From Lophium mytilinum (Eukaryota): a stretch of 64,000 nt of DNA. Position numbers and translations under genes: made by a program. Shown here piece by piece: positions 61,901 through 64,000 of the stretch; positions within the stretch are counted from its first letter, which is position 1, and every line of letters starts with the position of its first letter. Below the pieces are notes generated by a model. It worked only from the letters and a program-made list of their open reading frames with translations. It did not search any database and was not told the origin of the DNA. The stretch spans positions 1,092,323 through 1,156,322 of the forward strand of contig MU004194.1 in NCBI GenBank assembly GCA_010093605.1, in the 5' to 3' direction.

Positions 61901-64000
61901 GGAGTACCAGGATGGCGAGTGCAACGTCATGATCGAGACGCAGCTTTCGAAAGTCTACGAGAAGATCGATCTGACACTATTAAATCGACTTCTGCGATTG
62001 ATCATGGACCACAATTTGGCTGATTACATCACCTCGAAGAACAACGTCCAGCTCAACTACAAGGACATGAACCATACAAATAGCTATGGCATGATTCGAG
62101 GCTTGCAGTTCTCGGCCTTTGTATTCCAGTACTACGGCTTGGTCATCGATCTACTTCTGCTTGGTCTGCAGCGTGCAAGCGAGATTGCTGGTCCACCACA
62201 AAGCCCCAACGACTTCCTTCAGTTCCGTGATCGTCCGACTGAGACTAGGCACCCTATTCGACTCTATACTAGGTATATTGATCGCATCTGGGTCTTCTTC
62301 AGGTTCTCCGCAGATGAGTCTCGGGATCTCATCCAGCGATTCCTGACCGAGCAGCCCGATCCCAACTTTGAGAATGTCATCGGATATCGGAACAAGAAGT
62401 GCTGGCCCCGAGACTCAAGAATGCGTCTGATGCGTCACGACGTCAACCTCGGTCGTGCTGTTTTCTGGGATATGAAGAATCGCCTCCCCCGGTCCGTCAC
62501 CACAATTGATTGGGACGACACTTTTGCCAGTGTCTACAGCCGCGACAATCCAAATCTCTTATTCTCGATGTGTGGATTTGAGGTCCGAATTCTTCCTAAG
62601 ATTCGCAATCTCACCGAGGAGTTCCCGGTCAAAGACAGCGTGTGGTCGCTTGTAGACAATACCTCCAAGGAACGAACCGCGCATGCCTTCTTGCAAGTCA
62701 CTGAAGAAGACATTCAAAAGTTCAACAACCGCATTCGTCAAATCCTGATGTCCTCTGGCTCGACGACATTCACGAAGATAGCCAACAAGTGGAACACCAG
62801 CCTGATCGCGCTCTTTACCTATTATCGTGAAGCAGCTGTCTCAACGATCAATCTGCTTGATACTATTGTTAAGTGCGAAACCAAAATTCAGACTAGGGTG
62901 AAGATTGGGTTGAACTCTAAGATGCCTTCTCGTTTCCCTCCTGCTGTTTTCTACACGCCCAAGGAACTCGGTGGTCTCGGCATGATCTCTGGTTCACATA
63001 TCCTCATTCCCACGAGCGACAAGCGTTGGTCCAAGCAAACCGACACTGGCGTCACGCATTACCGTGCTGGTATGAGCCATGACGAAGAGACCCTCATCCC
63101 CAACATCTTCCGATACATCATTCCCTGGGAGTCTGAGTTCATTGACTCACAGCGTGTCTGGATGGAGTACTCACAGAAGCGTCAAGAAGCTAACCAACAG
63201 AACCGCCGATTGACATTGGAAGATCTTGAGGACAGCTGGGATCGAGGTCTTCCTCGTATCAACACTCTCTTCCAGAAGGATCGAAGCACGCTGAGCTTTG
63301 ACAAGGGCTTCAGAGCTCGAACAGAGTTCAAGACGTATCAGCACATGAAGAGCAATCCCTTCTGGTGGACGAGTCAGCGACATGACGGCAAATTGTGGAA
63401 TTTGAATGCCTACCGAACCGATGTCATTCAAGCGCTTGGAGGTGTGGAGACGATTCTTGAGCATACCTTGTTCAAGGCTACCGCGTTCCCATCCTGGGAG
63501 GGTCTCTTCTGGGAGAAGGTGAGTTCCCTTTTCCTCTCTGTCTGATGTGGCAATGTACTAATTTTTCCCAGGCCTCCGGTTTCGAAGAATCGATGAAGTT
63601 CAAGAAACTCACCAACGCTCAGCGGTCTGGTCTTAACCAGATTCCCAATCGTCGCTTCACTCTTTGGTGGTCGCCTACGATCAATCGTGCTAACGTCTAC
63701 GTTGGTTTCCAGGTGCAGCTTGATTTGACAGGCATCTTCCTTCACGGAAAGATTCCAACTCTCAAGATTTCCCTGATCCAGATTTTCCGCGCCCATTTAT
63801 GGCAGAAGATCCACGAGTCTGTCGTTATGGACTTGTGTCAAGTCTTTGATCAAGAGTTGGATGCACTGGGCATCGAAACCGTCCAGAAGGAAACCATTCA
63901 TCCGAGAAAGTCGTACAAGATGAACAGCTCTTGCGCCGATATCCTGCTCTTTGCTAGCCACAAATGGAGTGTCACCAACCCGTCGCTGCTATACGACACT
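58929..64000 (+). CDS. PRP8: Pre-mRNA splicing factor Prp8 (partial, runs off window), intein-less allele
   Basis: Pro-rich N-terminus and [15 protein letters not shown]; continuous conserved sequence to [15 protein letters not shown]. Intron 63519-63571. Confidence 0.98.

Noticed and set aside
58929..64000. PRP8 intein
   Set aside because: The ORF break at about 63519 is a 53-nt GT-AG intron; no C...N intein or endonuclease sequence is present.
37438..64000. Splicing-gene cluster (U2AF1, RRM protein, PRP8)
   Set aside because: The genes are spread over about 25 kb among unrelated genes; chance is a sufficient explanation.

Overview
Gene-dense eukaryotic DNA from a filamentous ascomycete (Pezizomycotina; Dothideomycete-like by impression only). 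Introns are short GT-AG with CTRAY branch sites. I can support about 23 protein genes, many reconstructed by hand across introns. Housekeeping genes: SDA1, HMG-CoA reductase, U2AF35, IQGAP, LeuB/Leu3, RPL34 and PRP8 (runs off the right edge). An accessory-looking co-oriented minus-strand block (about 15-28 kb) holds an F-box/ankyrin gene, a hypothetical gene, a CYP7-like P450, a CDF metal transporter, a MITE-like element, a CYP65-like P450 and an intact nicotianamine synthase with a ZafA-like promoter motif. Top leads: (1) a possible NAS-P450-CDF metallophore locus; (2) a spliceosomal intron one codon from the empty PRP8 intein homing site; (3) an Elongin-B-like small protein; (4) an apparent GT-GG intron in leuB; (5) a PHD finger split by a 47-aa insertion; (6) an 81-aa spliced tail-anchored microprotein. 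No tRNA, rRNA or CRISPR array was recognised. All homology calls are by eye from motifs; no database searches were run.
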